DNA of 64,000 bases from Macrostomum lignano (Eukaryota): the NCBI GenBank assembly GCA_002269645.1, contig NIVC01000512.1:1-64000 (forward strand). Direction: 5' to 3'. The position numbers and the translations under genes were made by a program. Position 1 is the first letter of the stretch. Every line of letters starts with the position of its first letter. The notes beneath the pieces were generated by a model. That model made no database searches. It saw only the letters and a list, made by a program, of their open reading frames with translations, and had not been told where the DNA came from. Of the stretch, positions 33,501 through 45,688 are shown in pieces.

Positions 33501-34735
33501 CCCCTCCGGCACTTCCCCTCCGCCACTTCCCCTCCCGCACTTCCCCTCCGGCACTTCCCCTCCGGCACTTCCCCTCCGGCACTTCCCCTCCCGCACTTCC
33601 CCCCGGCACTTCCCCTCCCTCACTTCCCCTCCGGCACTTCCCCTCCGGCACTTCCCCTCCGGCACTTCCCCTCCGGCACTTCCCCTCCGGCACTTCCCTC
33701 CGGCACTTCCCCTCCGGCACTTCCCCTCCCGCACTTCCCTCCCTCACTTCCCCTCCCTCACTTCCCCTCCGGCACTTCCCCTCCCGCACTTCCCCTCCCT
33801 CACTTCCCCTCCGGCACTTCCCCTCCGGCACTTCCCCTCCCGCACTTCCCCCCGGCACTTCCCCTCCCTCACTTCCTCTCCGGCACTTCCCCTCCGGCAC
33901 TTCCCCTCCCTCACTTCCTCTCCGGCACTTCCCCTCCGGCACTTCCCCTCCCGCACTTCCCCTCCCGCACTTCCCCCCCCGGCACTTCCCCTCCGGCACT
34001 TCCCCTCCCGCACTTCCCCTCCCTCACTTCCCCTCCCTCACTTCCCCTCCGGCACTTCCCCTCCGGCACTTCCCCTCCCTCACTTCCCCTCCGGCACTTC
34101 CCCTCCGGCACTTCCCCTCCCGCACTTCCCCTCCGGCACTTCCCCTCCCTCACTTCCTCTCCGGCACTTCCCCTCCGGCACTTCCCCTCCCGCACTTCCC
34201 CTCCGGCACTTCCCCTCCGGCACTTCCCCTCCCGCACTTCCCCTCCCGCACTTCCCCCCTCGGCATTTCCCCCCGGCACTTCCCCTCCCTCACTTCCCTC
34301 CGGCACTTCCCCTCCGGCACTTCCCCTCCCTCACTTCCCCTCCGGCACTTCCCCTCCCGCACTTCCCCCCCGGCATTTCCCCCGGCACTTCCCCTCCGGC
34401 ACTTCCCCTCCCGCACTTCCCCCCGGCATTTCCCCCGGCACTTCCCCTCCCTCACTTCCCTCCCTCACTTCCCCTCCGGCACTTCCCCTCCAGCACTTCC
34501 CCGCCCGCACTTCCCCTCCCGCACTTCCCCCCCGGCATTTCCCCCCGGCACTTTTCCTCCCTCACTTCCCTCCCGCACTTCCCCCGGCACTTCCCCTCCC
34601 GCACTTCCCCCCCGGCATTTCCCCCCGGCACTTCCCCTCCGGCACTTCCCCTCCGGCACTTCCCCTCCGGCACTTCCCCCCCGGCACTTCCCCCCCGGCA
34701 CTTCCCCTCCGGCACTTCCCCTCCGGCACTTCCTT
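30579..34735. repeat. 14-bp satellite CACTTCCCCTCC(GG/CG/CT), about 4.2 kb
   Basis: Seen directly; extreme C-rich plus strand and G-rich minus strand. Confidence 0.99.
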
Positions 34736-35087
34736 TCCGAGGGTAAGTTTTCTTAAGTCGCATATTAAACTTTTTATCCAATTTGGATGGCGGTGCTCAC
34801 TGCACACACTGCTACAAATATCTACCCAAATACAGACTAGCTTTCTGTGCACTACCGGGTTTGCTGCTTGTTTATGAACTTCCTCTTTCACCAAAGTACA
34901 CCACAATTTTGATCTGCTTGCTGTAGTTCCTTGTTCTAATTTAAACTCTGTCACGCAAAAAGTCACTCGTACACCAGGGCCCATGGTGTACATGTGGCCT
35001 GGCCCACGCAGCCTCTCTATCCGGCCCTCGGCTTATTTCGACTCTTCGCAATACCAACCGTCCGCTCAAGGTTGGTGTCTCTTTTTC

Positions 35088-35189
<102 letters not shown>

Positions 35190-35460
35190 ACATTCTCTCT
35201 TCTCTCTTTTATCCCCACTTCTCTTTCCCCTTTTTAGTTCCGTATTGGAGCGCGAGTCCAGCTGTGCAAGTTATGGGGATGAAATTAAGCTAGCTTAGTT
35301 CCTTATTTTTCCTTTCCATGCTTCCATTCCACTTCATTGGCCAGGCGGTTACCCAGCCCCATCCGCACTGCTATGTATATGCCCTCGCGGAAGCTGAAGC
35401 ATCCAAGTACGACTTGTATTGCACCATTTTGTAGATTCTTTCGTATCAGCCGCAGATGCC

Positions 35461-36885
35461 ATGGGAGGCTTCGTTTCTAAACAAAAGTCAGCCGAATTCA
35501 AATGCCTTTCTAACGTGCTGAAGCTCGTGAAATGCCTGAAGAATGAAGAATTGTGGCGCTCGATTCAATCGGTGGACACGGAGACGAAAAAGATCAATCA
35601 AAACGGTTTTAAAGTTAAGGAAATCCTTCCATTCGTAGACCTTATTTGTCTTGCCCAGACGACATGCAAAAAGCTGTTCGAACTTCGAATAGTTGCCGAA
35701 CGGAAGGACAGAGCGCTCCACAAAGAAGCAAAAGATCTCTGTGCATGTGTAAATAAAAAGGCTTCACAGCTCAAATTCTGCGGCAAGAAGCTGGCTCCGG
35801 TCCTGGATGAACTTGTCAAGGTTTGTCTTAAGATTTGTGACTCTATCGGTGACTTGGATTCTCGCCTCCAGAACTCAAAGGTAAGCGAGGACGAACTGAG
35901 AAAGCTGCGTGCTTCCACAGGGCAGGCAGGCAGGGAAGCATCTGAGATCGATATTCCTGTCCGCAGCATTCGTCAGATGGTCGGCTACTTCAAAAAGATA
36001 CCGCTGAAAACGCTTGATGATGCCAGGTGTGTGGACTTCGGAAGCAAGCGAATTTCCGGGCTGTACCAGGATTTGATCGTACGAAGGTCGAAGAAGACAA
36101 CCAATATGTGGAATAAGAAGTGTGGCATCTGTTCTGGTTGGGGTCAAGAGAGTCAAGATAGCCAACTGTCAGCGGCTCGACCTTCGATTCACTCTGTCGG
36201 AACCTGCTTCGTGTGCGAGGCCTGCGCCCTGGCGACTCTGAAGTCCTCCAACACAGACTATTTTCGAGATCGGACAAAAGCTATCCAGAAAGAAATCAAG
36301 CGGCTAACAAAAAAGTCTCCAAAATACGGGTACAAGGACAAGCTATCTGCGCTGACAACTGAGGCCGAGAGAGTGCCGCTGCTACCAAGCACTCTCGTCA
36401 AGAAGGTGAAGAAGAGCTTGAAGAAACTACGGAAAGCAAAAAACGAAAAGAAGCAAGTAATTCTATCAGAGATATGCAGCAGCTTGGTCAGGCTGTCGGA
36501 GGCAATGGGAAATTTCCGGGACGGACTCGAAACATTTGAAGGCGAGGCGAATAAGCTGCTTAACGAAGTAAACGGAGATGCCCGTATCAGGCAGGCCAAG
36601 GTTGAAAAAAATCGAAAACTGCAGGTTGAATGTATTAAAGCAGGAACTTCATATGCAAGTTCCAAAGCGGATGCGGCACTGTCTCTCTCACGTCAGAACC
36701 AGTACCCAGATCATTCAGAAGCGCTGAAGCTCTCCACTCAGAAAGCTGAAGTGTCTGAGGACGCCCGGAACCAGCTGACAGGTTTGGTGGACTCCGTCAG
36801 GTCTCTGGCCGACAGCGCAGTCGAGCTCTGCGAAGCTGTGAAGATAATGATCGTAGAGTACAGAGCTTTGGGCAATGAGTCATAG
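35461..36885 (+). CDS. Intronless orphan protein, copy 1 (474 aa): N-myristoylation motif, Cys/His cluster, predicted helical/coiled-coil
   Basis: Single ORF from ATG 35461 (MGGFVSKQK) to TAG 36885. Near-identical to 42301-43800 and all indels between the two are multiples of 3. AATAAA at about 37292. Confidence 0.8.
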   Translation: MGGFVSKQKSAEFKCLSNVLKLVKCLKNEELWRSIQSVDTETKKINQNGFKVKEILPFVDLICLAQTTCKKLFELRIVAERKDRALHKEAKDLCACVNKKASQLKFCGKKLAPVLDELVKVCLKICDSIGDLDSRLQNSKVSEDELRKLRASTGQAGREASEIDIPVRSIRQMVGYFKKIPLKTLDDARCVDFGSKRISGLYQDLIVRRSKKTTNMWNKKCGICSGWGQESQDSQLSAARPSIHSVGTCFVCEACALATLKSSNTDYFRDRTKAIQKEIKRLTKKSPKYGYKDKLSALTTEAERVPLLPSTLVKKVKKSLKKLRKAKNEKKQVILSEICSSLVRLSEAMGNFRDGLETFEGEANKLLNEVNGDARIRQAKVEKNRKLQVECIKAGTSYASSKADAALSLSRQNQYPDHSEALKLSTQKAEVSEDARNQLTGLVDSVRSLADSAVELCEAVKIMIVEYRALGNES

Positions 36886-37285
36886 GTGTGAACATAATGA
36901 TCGTAGAGTACAGAGCTCTGGATAATGAGTCATAGGCGTGAACATAATGATCGTAGAGTACAGAGCTTTGGGCAATGAGTCATAGCTGTGAACATAATGA
37001 TCGTAGAGTACAGAGCTCTGGACAATGAGTCATAGGTGTGAACATAATGATCGTAGAGTACAGAGCTCTGGACAATGAGTCATAGCTGTGAACATAATGA
37101 TCGTAGAGTACAGAGCTCTGGACAATGAGTCATAGGTGTGAACATAATAATCGTAGAGTACAGAGCTTTGGACAATGAGTCATAGGTGTGAACATAATGA
37201 TCGTAGAGTACAGAGCTGTGGACAATGAGTCATAGGTGTGAACATAATGATCGTAGAGTACAGAGCTCTGGACAATGAGTCATTG
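36836..37285 (+). repeat. 50-bp tandem array x9 whose first unit is the end of orphan ORF copy 1
   Basis: Unit GTGTGAACATAATGATCGTAGAGTACAGAGCTTTGGACAATGAGTCATAG; unit 1 ends at the ORF stop codon. Confidence 0.97.
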
Positions 37286-38179
37286 GTAGAAATAAAGTTT
37301 GCTTAGACGCGTATTAATGTTATGTTTGGTTAAAAAGCAAAACAATTTGATTTGATTATCACAATTGTCACGTTTGATTATCACAACAATAGTTTTCTAA
37401 GCTTAAAGTTTATATTTCTCTTTCTAGTATTTATCATTCTTAGAATCGCAAATATACATGTTTATCCCAGACAAAAGTAAAATCCTAGTAGCTTAAACCC
37501 CATTTGTCGATTTGTTAGTATCAATAGTTTAGAGTTAGACTTTAGACTTTGTCAGTTATCGTCTAACATACCTTTTTCGAAGTTTTCGCAGTTTGTTTTC
37601 GTAATTTTTATTCATTTTTTCATTATTCGTGTAAATTTGGTCATCTTTGTTTCGTTGTGTTTGAAATTTTGTTTAGAGATGAAGTTTTTTTCTATCTAAA
37701 ATAGAAATGAAGTCTTTTTAAATACACATTAAATGCGTTGCGATTAGACGTCTCACTGTTTTCATTTAAAGTCTAGAAATTGCAGGGGATTTAAGATTTC
37801 AAATTAAGGTCAAATTGTGGCGGTCAAATTGTTGCAGTCACATTGTGGCGGTCAAATTGAGGCGGTCAAATTGTCCGTTTGTCGTGTTTGTTCCACTTCT
37901 CTGCCTTTCCGAAGAGGATTGCCGCATCCTTGCGTTCGAGTGCCTCCTTCGAGACAATCGCAGCTTCAGGGAAGAACGCCATCTCGGTCAGCCAGGCCGG
38001 TTGTTGCTAGGCGGTTGTGGGGCTAGTGCTTATATAGACCTCAGAAAATGGCATGATACCAGCAAACCTCAGCAAAACAACATTCCGCGCGCTTTTACCA
38101 AATGTCAAAGGGACAACCAGCGCGCAGATTTTTTTCTAAATTTGCATGCAAGAAGCGTGAAGATAACTTGGAGATAACT

Positions 38180-40282
38180 TGGATTTGGAGAGGCTTCTGG
38201 AAATGTAGATTATACATGTAGGGGTGGCCATTCCGAGTCACAACACCAGCAAGGGCGCCTTTTGAGACGTCAGTTGTGATGGTGACCTCCTTCTCCAAGG
38301 AATAAGGTTGCACCACAGGCTGCGACGTAATCTCTTGCTTAAGTGCTTCAAACGCTCGATTCCAGGCATCCGTCCACTCAAACGCGACGTTGTCCAGCCG
38401 TAACTCTTTTAGCGGCTTCGCTTTGCCGGCAAAGTTGGGGATGAGCCTGCCGAAGAAATTTACCAAGCCAATGAAATGCTCTAGCTTCTTTTTGTCTAAT
38501 GGGACAGCAATGCGTTTGATTTTCTCCACAAGTCGGTTGTCTGGCTTGATGCCGGCTGCGGAAATTTGGAAGCCAAGAAAAGAAATTTAATCGATCTCCT
38601 CAACGCACTTGGCTTCATTGATTGTAACTTGTTTCTCGGCTAGCCTGGTTTTCACGGAGCGCAAGCGCTTGTGCAGGGAGTCAGAGTTTTCAGCAAAAAC
38701 CAGCACATCGTCCTGGTAGATCAAAACGCTCTTCATGTCGGAGAGAATCTGTTCCATTGTGCGTTGAAAAATAAAGGACGCGTTCTTCATACCCATCTGC
38801 AAGCGTTTTACGCGGAACAGTCCTTTAGAAGTGTTTGTGATTGACAGCTCTTGCGCAGCCTCATTCAGCTTGATCTGCCAGTAGGCAGATCGCAAATCAA
38901 CAGAGGCAAACTTTTTTGCGTTTTTCAACTTGGCCAGGAGATGCTCTACACTAGGAATAGGGTAATCCTCAGACTTAACTTTCGCATTCACATGTACGCT
39001 GAAATCAGCGCAAATTATCTGAGTGACCCGTCCTTCTTCTTCACCCATACAACCGGGGAGGAGTTGCTTACCGGGCCGTCAACAGGCTTGATCACACCCA
39101 GTTGTTGAAGTCCCTCCAGCTCAGCGTTTACCACAGACTCCATAGCAATTGGCACAAGACGGGCTCGGCAAAACTTTGGGGCAGCGCCTTCCACGAGTGA
39201 AATCTTCGCCTCAGCGCCCTTAGCTCGTAATCAACGAAAGTGTTTTGTCCTCCTTGGGAGCGGCTTCAGTCACGTTGAAGAGACTGTCAGATTGCAGAAG
39301 ATCACGGCTTAGCAGACCAAACTGCTTCTCAGCTTTGACAACGGTCAGCTGCATGAGCGGGATGTAGCCGGCCACGGTCTATGGTAGTCGTGAGAGTGCC
39401 GAGGACCTTGAGATCGTGACCATCGTAGGCCTGCAAGTGGCGATGACATTTTTGGAGCGGTGGCCTCTTTAGAGACTCCCAGATGGTGGATGAGATGACA
39501 GTCACTGCAGCTCCCGTGTCCAGCTGCATGGGAACGCGGACCTCGCCGATGACGATGTTCTCCATATTGGCGTCGACGGAGTTAACTGAGCTTATCTCAC
39601 CAACGTGAAGATCTTTTACATCACGAGGCGTCATAGAGCCTTCCATATGATGTGTCTGCTTGGGTCGAGAAGATCGACAAACACTAGCAAAGTGATTCGG
39701 CTTTGTGCACTTACTGCATGTTTTTCCATAGGCGGGACATTTCCCCACTGGATGCGACCTTCCACAGTAGCCACAGCCACGTTTGATGGCATTAGGGCGT
39801 CCCGAGTCGTTGTGATGAATCTCCTTGGATGACTCATGAGCAGAGTTCGCAATTGTCACGCTGACCCCGTCAATCGTTCGTTCGTTCTGTCTTCAATGAA
39901 TCAAAACTGCAGTGATTGGCAGCTTTACGTAGTCTAGTTAGTAAGTCCGGCAATACTTAGCCTTCATTCTGTCGCAGAAAGTAGAATTTTGTGCGCTCCG
40001 CTAGCATAATTCGGGTCTTAGGCTGCAGGTAAGCTGTGATGGCCTCTTGTATTGCGTCAAATGTTTATGTCTCGATAGCTTTTGGAGCAAGCAGAGCTGT
40101 GAGCTTCTCGAGGGCTGGTAGGCCACAAATAGCGATGAAATTGTCCGCGATCCGTTTTCCATCTTCATTATCTTGCCATTGTTTTGCTCGGGCAAGCGCA
40201 CGAAATGCTGTCAGCCAAGTCACCAAGTTCAGTTCAGATTCAGTTAGATTTAAAGGTCCAAGGTGTTGCAACGCCACTTATG
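38180..40282 (-). mobile_element. Decayed, 3'-truncated Ty3/Gypsy LTR retrotransposon (gag-PR-RT-partial RNase H)
   Basis: Gag with two zinc knuckles (CGYCGRSHPVGKC, CSKCTKPNHFASVC), protease LDTGAAVTVIS, RT motifs LRICADF, FASVDLRSAYWQI, YQDDVLV, SFLGF, FIGLVNFFGRLIPNFA, and RNase H start TTDVSKGALAGV. PR-RT-RH order. Several stops and frameshifts; no integrase or paired LTRs seen. Possible PBS TGGCG at 40276-40272. Confidence 0.92.
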
Positions 40283-42300
40283 TGACCGTAGCATGAACTA
40301 GTTGTGCAGGAAATAATTCATGTATGATAGTCTCAGATGAATACTCATCAGAGCCAAGCAAAAGCTTTAAGTTTGAAAACGAGGGGAGGCTGGTATTAAA
40401 GCAAGTTGACTTTGACAACGCGGGATTTATGAGTGACTAAGCACATTTGATTTGTAAAAAACTGCTTCGAGTATTACTCATCGCATCAATAGATATTGCC
40501 CTAGCTCCACGAAAGTATTAAATTGCTAAGCTGCTGAAGTTATTGCTAAAATGAGGGCTGAGTTGTTGTTGTAAAAAACTGCCGATATGTATCGAAAATC
40601 GGTTAGTTAACCGTAATAAATGCTGAGTAAAAAATAGATTCTTGAAAGGATCCTTTATTTCAGTTTGCTGTGGATACTGAGGAGCCGGCCGAGAAGAGAA
40701 CTGAAGACTGCTGAGGGGAACTGTAGATTGTCGAAACTATCATTCATGCAACTGCAAAGGGGACAAACTGCAAACTGCTGAGGTAGTTCCTCCAGACCAT
40801 ATAGATCATATCGTTTGGAGGATCATATCATAGAATGTAAAGATGTGAGATGTGCAGAAAGAGTTCCTCGCCTCCAGACCAAATTTCTGGAGGCAACTAA
40901 ATGCTTCTAAGGATTAAGTGCAGGTTGTTGATTACATGGGAGATTCTCATGGGAGAATTTCTGAGATTTCAAGCCCCAGGGGGAATTGCTATAATGATGT
41001 GACTACTGGAATGCTGTGGCTGTTGGAGGAATTGTTAGGGTAGGGGTAAGGGTTAAACCATAAAAGAATTGGCCTGACAAACATGCATGTAATAGACTCA
41101 TTTGGAAATTGCTAAGATCATAAGATGTCAAGGCTCATGGGAGGATATCTGAAAAGATATCCCATGTGGCTCACGGCTCATGGTAAATTGCCTGTGTGAA
41201 AGCTCATGTGGTGATCACTGTAACGATGTTAGCTGTGGCTCTTGCGTTATGGTTGAGACGCTAAGACTCACGAGGGAATAGCTGAGATTTCAAAGGCTCA
41301 TAAGGGAATTGCTGGAATTATTGGGCAGAGAAAAAATTCACTAAATATCAAGGTTCATAATTGGTTCATGCTGTGCCTCATGGGGGAGCTGAAATTCTGT
41401 GACTCGACAGGGTTGGGGTTCATCCATAAGACTCATGTGGAATTGCCAAGACATCAAAAGGTAAGTCGCTAGATTTTCAGGCTCATATGGAATGCTCATA
41501 GGGGAATTTATAATTTTTTGGGCTGAGGGGATTGCTGAAATGCTGTAACTCGGCTGCGGGTTAAGGGTTAGGGTTCAACCATACAACACTCGTCGTGTCA
41601 ACCAAAAATTACTCTAATTGCTAAGATGTCAAGGGTCATGTGGCAAATTACTGCCGGGGCTGCTGCCCCCAGGAAATTCGGGTCCTGCACGCAATGGCGT
41701 GGTGAACTATCTGTGCAGTATGAGACTGGTATGGCCCTTATCCCAGCCAGCGATGCTCACACCTGCCTCCACTGGCGGGCCGATGGCTCAAGAGACTCTG
41801 TCTCCTGCTTTTCACCTTGCAAGACGCACTTCGAAGGGTACTCGTCCCGTGGGTGTTAAGGCAGGCCTTCTTGGGCCTTGGGCCTACGTCTGTGCGCCCC
41901 CCCCCACCGCGTGTGTACGTTCTGTTTTGTGTTGGTTAGGTGCGCGCCAAGCGATCCACTGGCGGGGTGCATTTTATTGCAACCGCGCTGCTGAGCAGGC
42001 AGTGTTTTTGCGCAGTTCTTTTTTTCGGCAGAAGAAAGAGAAGAGGGGAGAGAAGACAAAAGAGAGAATTTAGAGAGAGAGCTTGAGAAAGAGACACCAA
42101 CTTTGAGCGGACGGGATTCATATTGTAAAGTGTCGAAATACCTGAGGGCTGGATAGAGAGGCTGCGCGTGGCAGGAGGTTCTGTTCGCGAATAGTGTACG
42201 CGAATCTATATATCCGCTTGAAGAAAAAATAATAAAGCCAGAAAAAAAATTTCGAGATTGCATTGCACCATTTTCTAGATTCCCGACTGCCGCAGACTCC

Positions 42301-43800
42301 ATGGGAGGCTTCGTTTCTAAACAAAAGTCAGCCGAATTCAAATGCCTTTCTAACGTGCTGAAGCTCGTGAAATGCCTGAAGAATGAAGAATTGTGGCGCT
42401 CGATTCAATCGGTGGACACGGAGACGAAAAAGATCAATCCAAAAGATTTTAAAGTTAAGGAAATCCTTCCATTCGTAGACCTTATTTGTCTTGCCCAGAC
42501 GACATGCAAAAAGCTGTTCGAACTTCGAATAGTTGCCGAACGGAAGGACAGAGCGCTCCACAAAGAAGCAAAAGATCTCTGTTCAGGTGTAAATAAAAAG
42601 GCTTCACAGCTCAAATTCTGCGGCAAGAAGCTGGCTCCGATCCTGGATGAACTCGTCAAGGTTTGTCTTAAGATTCGTGACTCTATCGGTGACTTGGATT
42701 CTCGCCTCCAGAACTCAAAGGTAAGCGAGGACGAACTGAGAAAGCTGCGTGCTTCCACCGGGCAGGCAGGCAGGGAAGCATCTGAGATCGATAGTCCTAT
42801 CCGCAGCATTCGTCAGATGGTCGGCTACTTCAAAAAGATACCACCGAGAACGCTTGATGATGCCAGGTGTGTGGACTTCGGAAGCAAGCGAATTGCCGGG
42901 CTGTACCAGGATTTGATCGTACGAAGGTCGAAGAGGACAACCAATATGTGGAATAAGAAGTGTGGCATCTGTTCTGGTTGGGGTCAAGAGAGTCAAGGAG
43001 ATCAAGAGAGTCAAGGAGGTCAAGAGAGTCAAGTGGGTCAAGAGAGTCAAGAGAACCAACTGTCAGCGGCTCGACCTTCGATTCACTCTGTCGGAACCTG
43101 CTTCATGTGCGAGGCCTGCGCCCTGGCGACTCTGAAGTCCTCCAACACAGACTATTTTCGAGATCGGACACAAGCTATCCAGAAAGAAATCAAGCGGCTT
43201 ACAAAAAAGTCTCCAAAATACGGGTACAAGGACAAGCTATCTGCGCTGACAACTGTGGCCGAGAGAGTGCCGCTGCTACCAAGCACCACTCTTAAATCGA
43301 ACACTCTCGTCAAGAAGGTGAAGAAGAGCTTGAAGAAACTACGGAAAGCAAAAAACGAAAAGAATAAGCAAGTAATTCTATCAGAGATATGCAGCAGCTT
43401 GGTCAGGCTGTCGGAGGCAATGGGAAATTTCCGGGACGGACTCGAAACATTTGTAGGCGAGGCGAAGAAGTTGGTAAACGAAATAAACGGAGATGCCCGT
43501 ATCAGGCAGGCCAAGGTTGAAACAAATCGAAAACTGCAGGTTAAATGTATTAAAGCAGGAACTTCATATGCAAGTTCCAAAGCGGATGCGGCACTGTCTC
43601 TCTCACGTCAGAACCAGTACCCGGATAATTCAGAAGCGCTGAAGCTCTCCACTCAGAAAGCTGAAGTGTCTGAGGACGCCCGGAACCAGCTGACAGGTTT
43701 GGTGGACTCCGTCAGGTCTCTGGCCGACAGCGCAGTCGAGCTCTGCGAAGCTGTGAAGATAATGATCGTAGAGTACAGAGCTTTGGAAAATGAGTCATAG
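42301..43800 (+). CDS. Intronless orphan protein, copy 2 (499 aa)
   Basis: Paralog of 35461-36885 with in-frame insertions (QESQ repeat expansion, TTLKSN, one Asn). Same downstream 50-bp array and shared 3' flank. Confidence 0.8.
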   Translation: MGGFVSKQKSAEFKCLSNVLKLVKCLKNEELWRSIQSVDTETKKINPKDFKVKEILPFVDLICLAQTTCKKLFELRIVAERKDRALHKEAKDLCSGVNKKASQLKFCGKKLAPILDELVKVCLKIRDSIGDLDSRLQNSKVSEDELRKLRASTGQAGREASEIDSPIRSIRQMVGYFKKIPPRTLDDARCVDFGSKRIAGLYQDLIVRRSKRTTNMWNKKCGICSGWGQESQGDQESQGGQESQVGQESQENQLSAARPSIHSVGTCFMCEACALATLKSSNTDYFRDRTQAIQKEIKRLTKKSPKYGYKDKLSALTTVAERVPLLPSTTLKSNTLVKKVKKSLKKLRKAKNEKNKQVILSEICSSLVRLSEAMGNFRDGLETFVGEAKKLVNEINGDARIRQAKVETNRKLQVKCIKAGTSYASSKADAALSLSRQNQYPDNSEALKLSTQKAEVSEDARNQLTGLVDSVRSLADSAVELCEAVKIMIVEYRALENES

Positions 43801-44949
43801 GTGTGAACATATTGATCGTAGAGTACAGAACTCTGGACAATGAGTCATAGCTGTGAACATGATGATCGTAGAGTACAGAGCTTTGGATAATGAGTCATAG
43901 GTGTGAACATAATGATCGTAGAGTACAGAGCTGTGTACAATGAATCATATGTGTGAACATAATGATCATAGAGTACAGAGCTTTGGACAATGAGTCATAG
44001 GTGTGAACATGATGATCGTAGAGTACAGAGCTTTGGACAATGAATCATAGGTGTGAACATGATGATCGTAGAGTACAGAGCTGTGTACAATGAATCATAT
44101 GTGTGAACATAATGATCGTAGAGTACAGAGCTTTGGACAATGAGTCATAGGTGTGAACATAATGATCGTAGAGTACAGAGCTTTGGACAATGAGTCATAG
44201 GTGTGAACATAATGATCGTAGAGTACAGAGCTTTGGACAATGAGTCATAGCTGTGAACATAATGATCGTAGAGTACAGAGCTTTGGACAATGAGTCATAG
44301 GTGTGAACATAATGATCGTAGAGTACAGAGCTTTGGACAATGAGTCATAGGTGTGAACATGATGATCGTAGAGTACAGAGCTTTGGATAATGAGTCATAG
44401 GTGTGAACATAATGATCGTAGAGTACAGAGCTGTGTACAATGAATCATATGTGTGAACATAATGATCATAGAGTACAGAGCTGTGTACAATGAATCATAT
44501 GTGTGAACATGATGATCGTAGAGTACAGAGCTTTGGACAATGAGTCATAGGTGTGAACATGATGATCGTAGAGTACAGAGCTGTGTACAATGAATCATAT
44601 GTGTGAACATAATGATCGTAGAGTACAGAGCTTTGGACAATGAGTCATAGGTGTGAACATAATGATCGTAGAGTACAGAGCTGTGGACAATGAGTCATAG
44701 GTGTGAACATAATGATCGTAGAGTACAGAGCTTTGGACAATGAGTCATAGGTGTGAACATAATGATCGTAGAGTACAGAACTCTGGACAATGAGTCAAAG
44801 GTGTGAACATAATGATCGTAGAGTACAGAGCTCTGGACAATGAGTCATAGCTGTGAACATAATGATCATAGAGTACAGAGCTGTGGACAATGACTCATAT
44901 TGTGAACATATTGATCATAGAGTACAGAGCTGTGGACAATGAGTCATTG
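43751..44949 (+). repeat. 50-bp tandem array x24 whose first unit is the end of orphan ORF copy 2
   Basis: Same unit as 36836-37285. Confidence 0.97.
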
Positions 44950-45479
44950 GTAGAAATAAAGTTTGCTTAGACGCGTATTGATTTTATGTTTGGTTAAAAA
45001 AACAAAACAATTTGATTTGATTATCACAATTGTCACGTTTGATTATCACAAAAATAGTTTTTTAAGCAAGGTTTATATCTCTCTTTCTAGTATTTATCAT
45101 TCTTAAAATCGCATAACTGCATGTTTATCCCAGACAAAAGTAAAATCCTAGTAGCTTAAACCCAATTTGTCGATTTGTTAGTATTTAATAGTTTAGAGTT
45201 AGACTTTAGACTTTGTCAGTTATCGTCTAACATACCGTTTTCGAAGTTTTCGCAGTTTGTTTTCGTAATTTTTTATTTATTTCGTCATTATTCATGTAAA
45301 TTTGGTAATTTTTGTTTCGTTGTGTTTGAAATTTTGTTTAGAGATGAAGTTTTTTTGTATCTAAAAAAGAAATGAAGTCTTTTTAAATACATATTAAATG
45401 TGTTGTGATTAGACGTCTTACTACTGTTTTCATTTAAAGTCTAGACATTGCAGGGGATTTAAGATTTCAAATTAAGGTC

Positions 45480-45688
45480 AAATTGTTGCGGTTAAATTGT
45501 TGCAGTCACATTGTGCCGGTCAAATTGTGGCGGTCAAATTGAGGTGGTCAAATTGTGGCGGTCAGTTTGTGGCGGTCAAATTGTGGCGGTCAGTTTGTGG
45601 CAGTCAATTTGTGGCGGTCGAATTGTGGCGGTCAGTTTATGGCGGTCAATTTGTGGCAGTCAATTTGTGGCGGTCGAATTGTGGCGGT
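45480..45688. repeat. 14-15-bp repeat AATTGTGGCGGTCA, shorter homolog at about 37812-37872
   Basis: Seen directly; marks the right end of both duplicated units. Confidence 0.9.

Noticed and set aside
30507-34877. 1456-aa and 1400-aa Pro-rich ORFs and many minus-strand GKCRRGS ORFs
   Set aside because: These are translations of the stop-free 14-bp satellite and are open in several frames at once.
41030-41585. Telomere-like GGGTTAGGG fragments at about 41035-41055 and 41557-41577
   Set aside because: Only 2-3 imperfect units within a degenerate repeat region; not an interstitial telomere.
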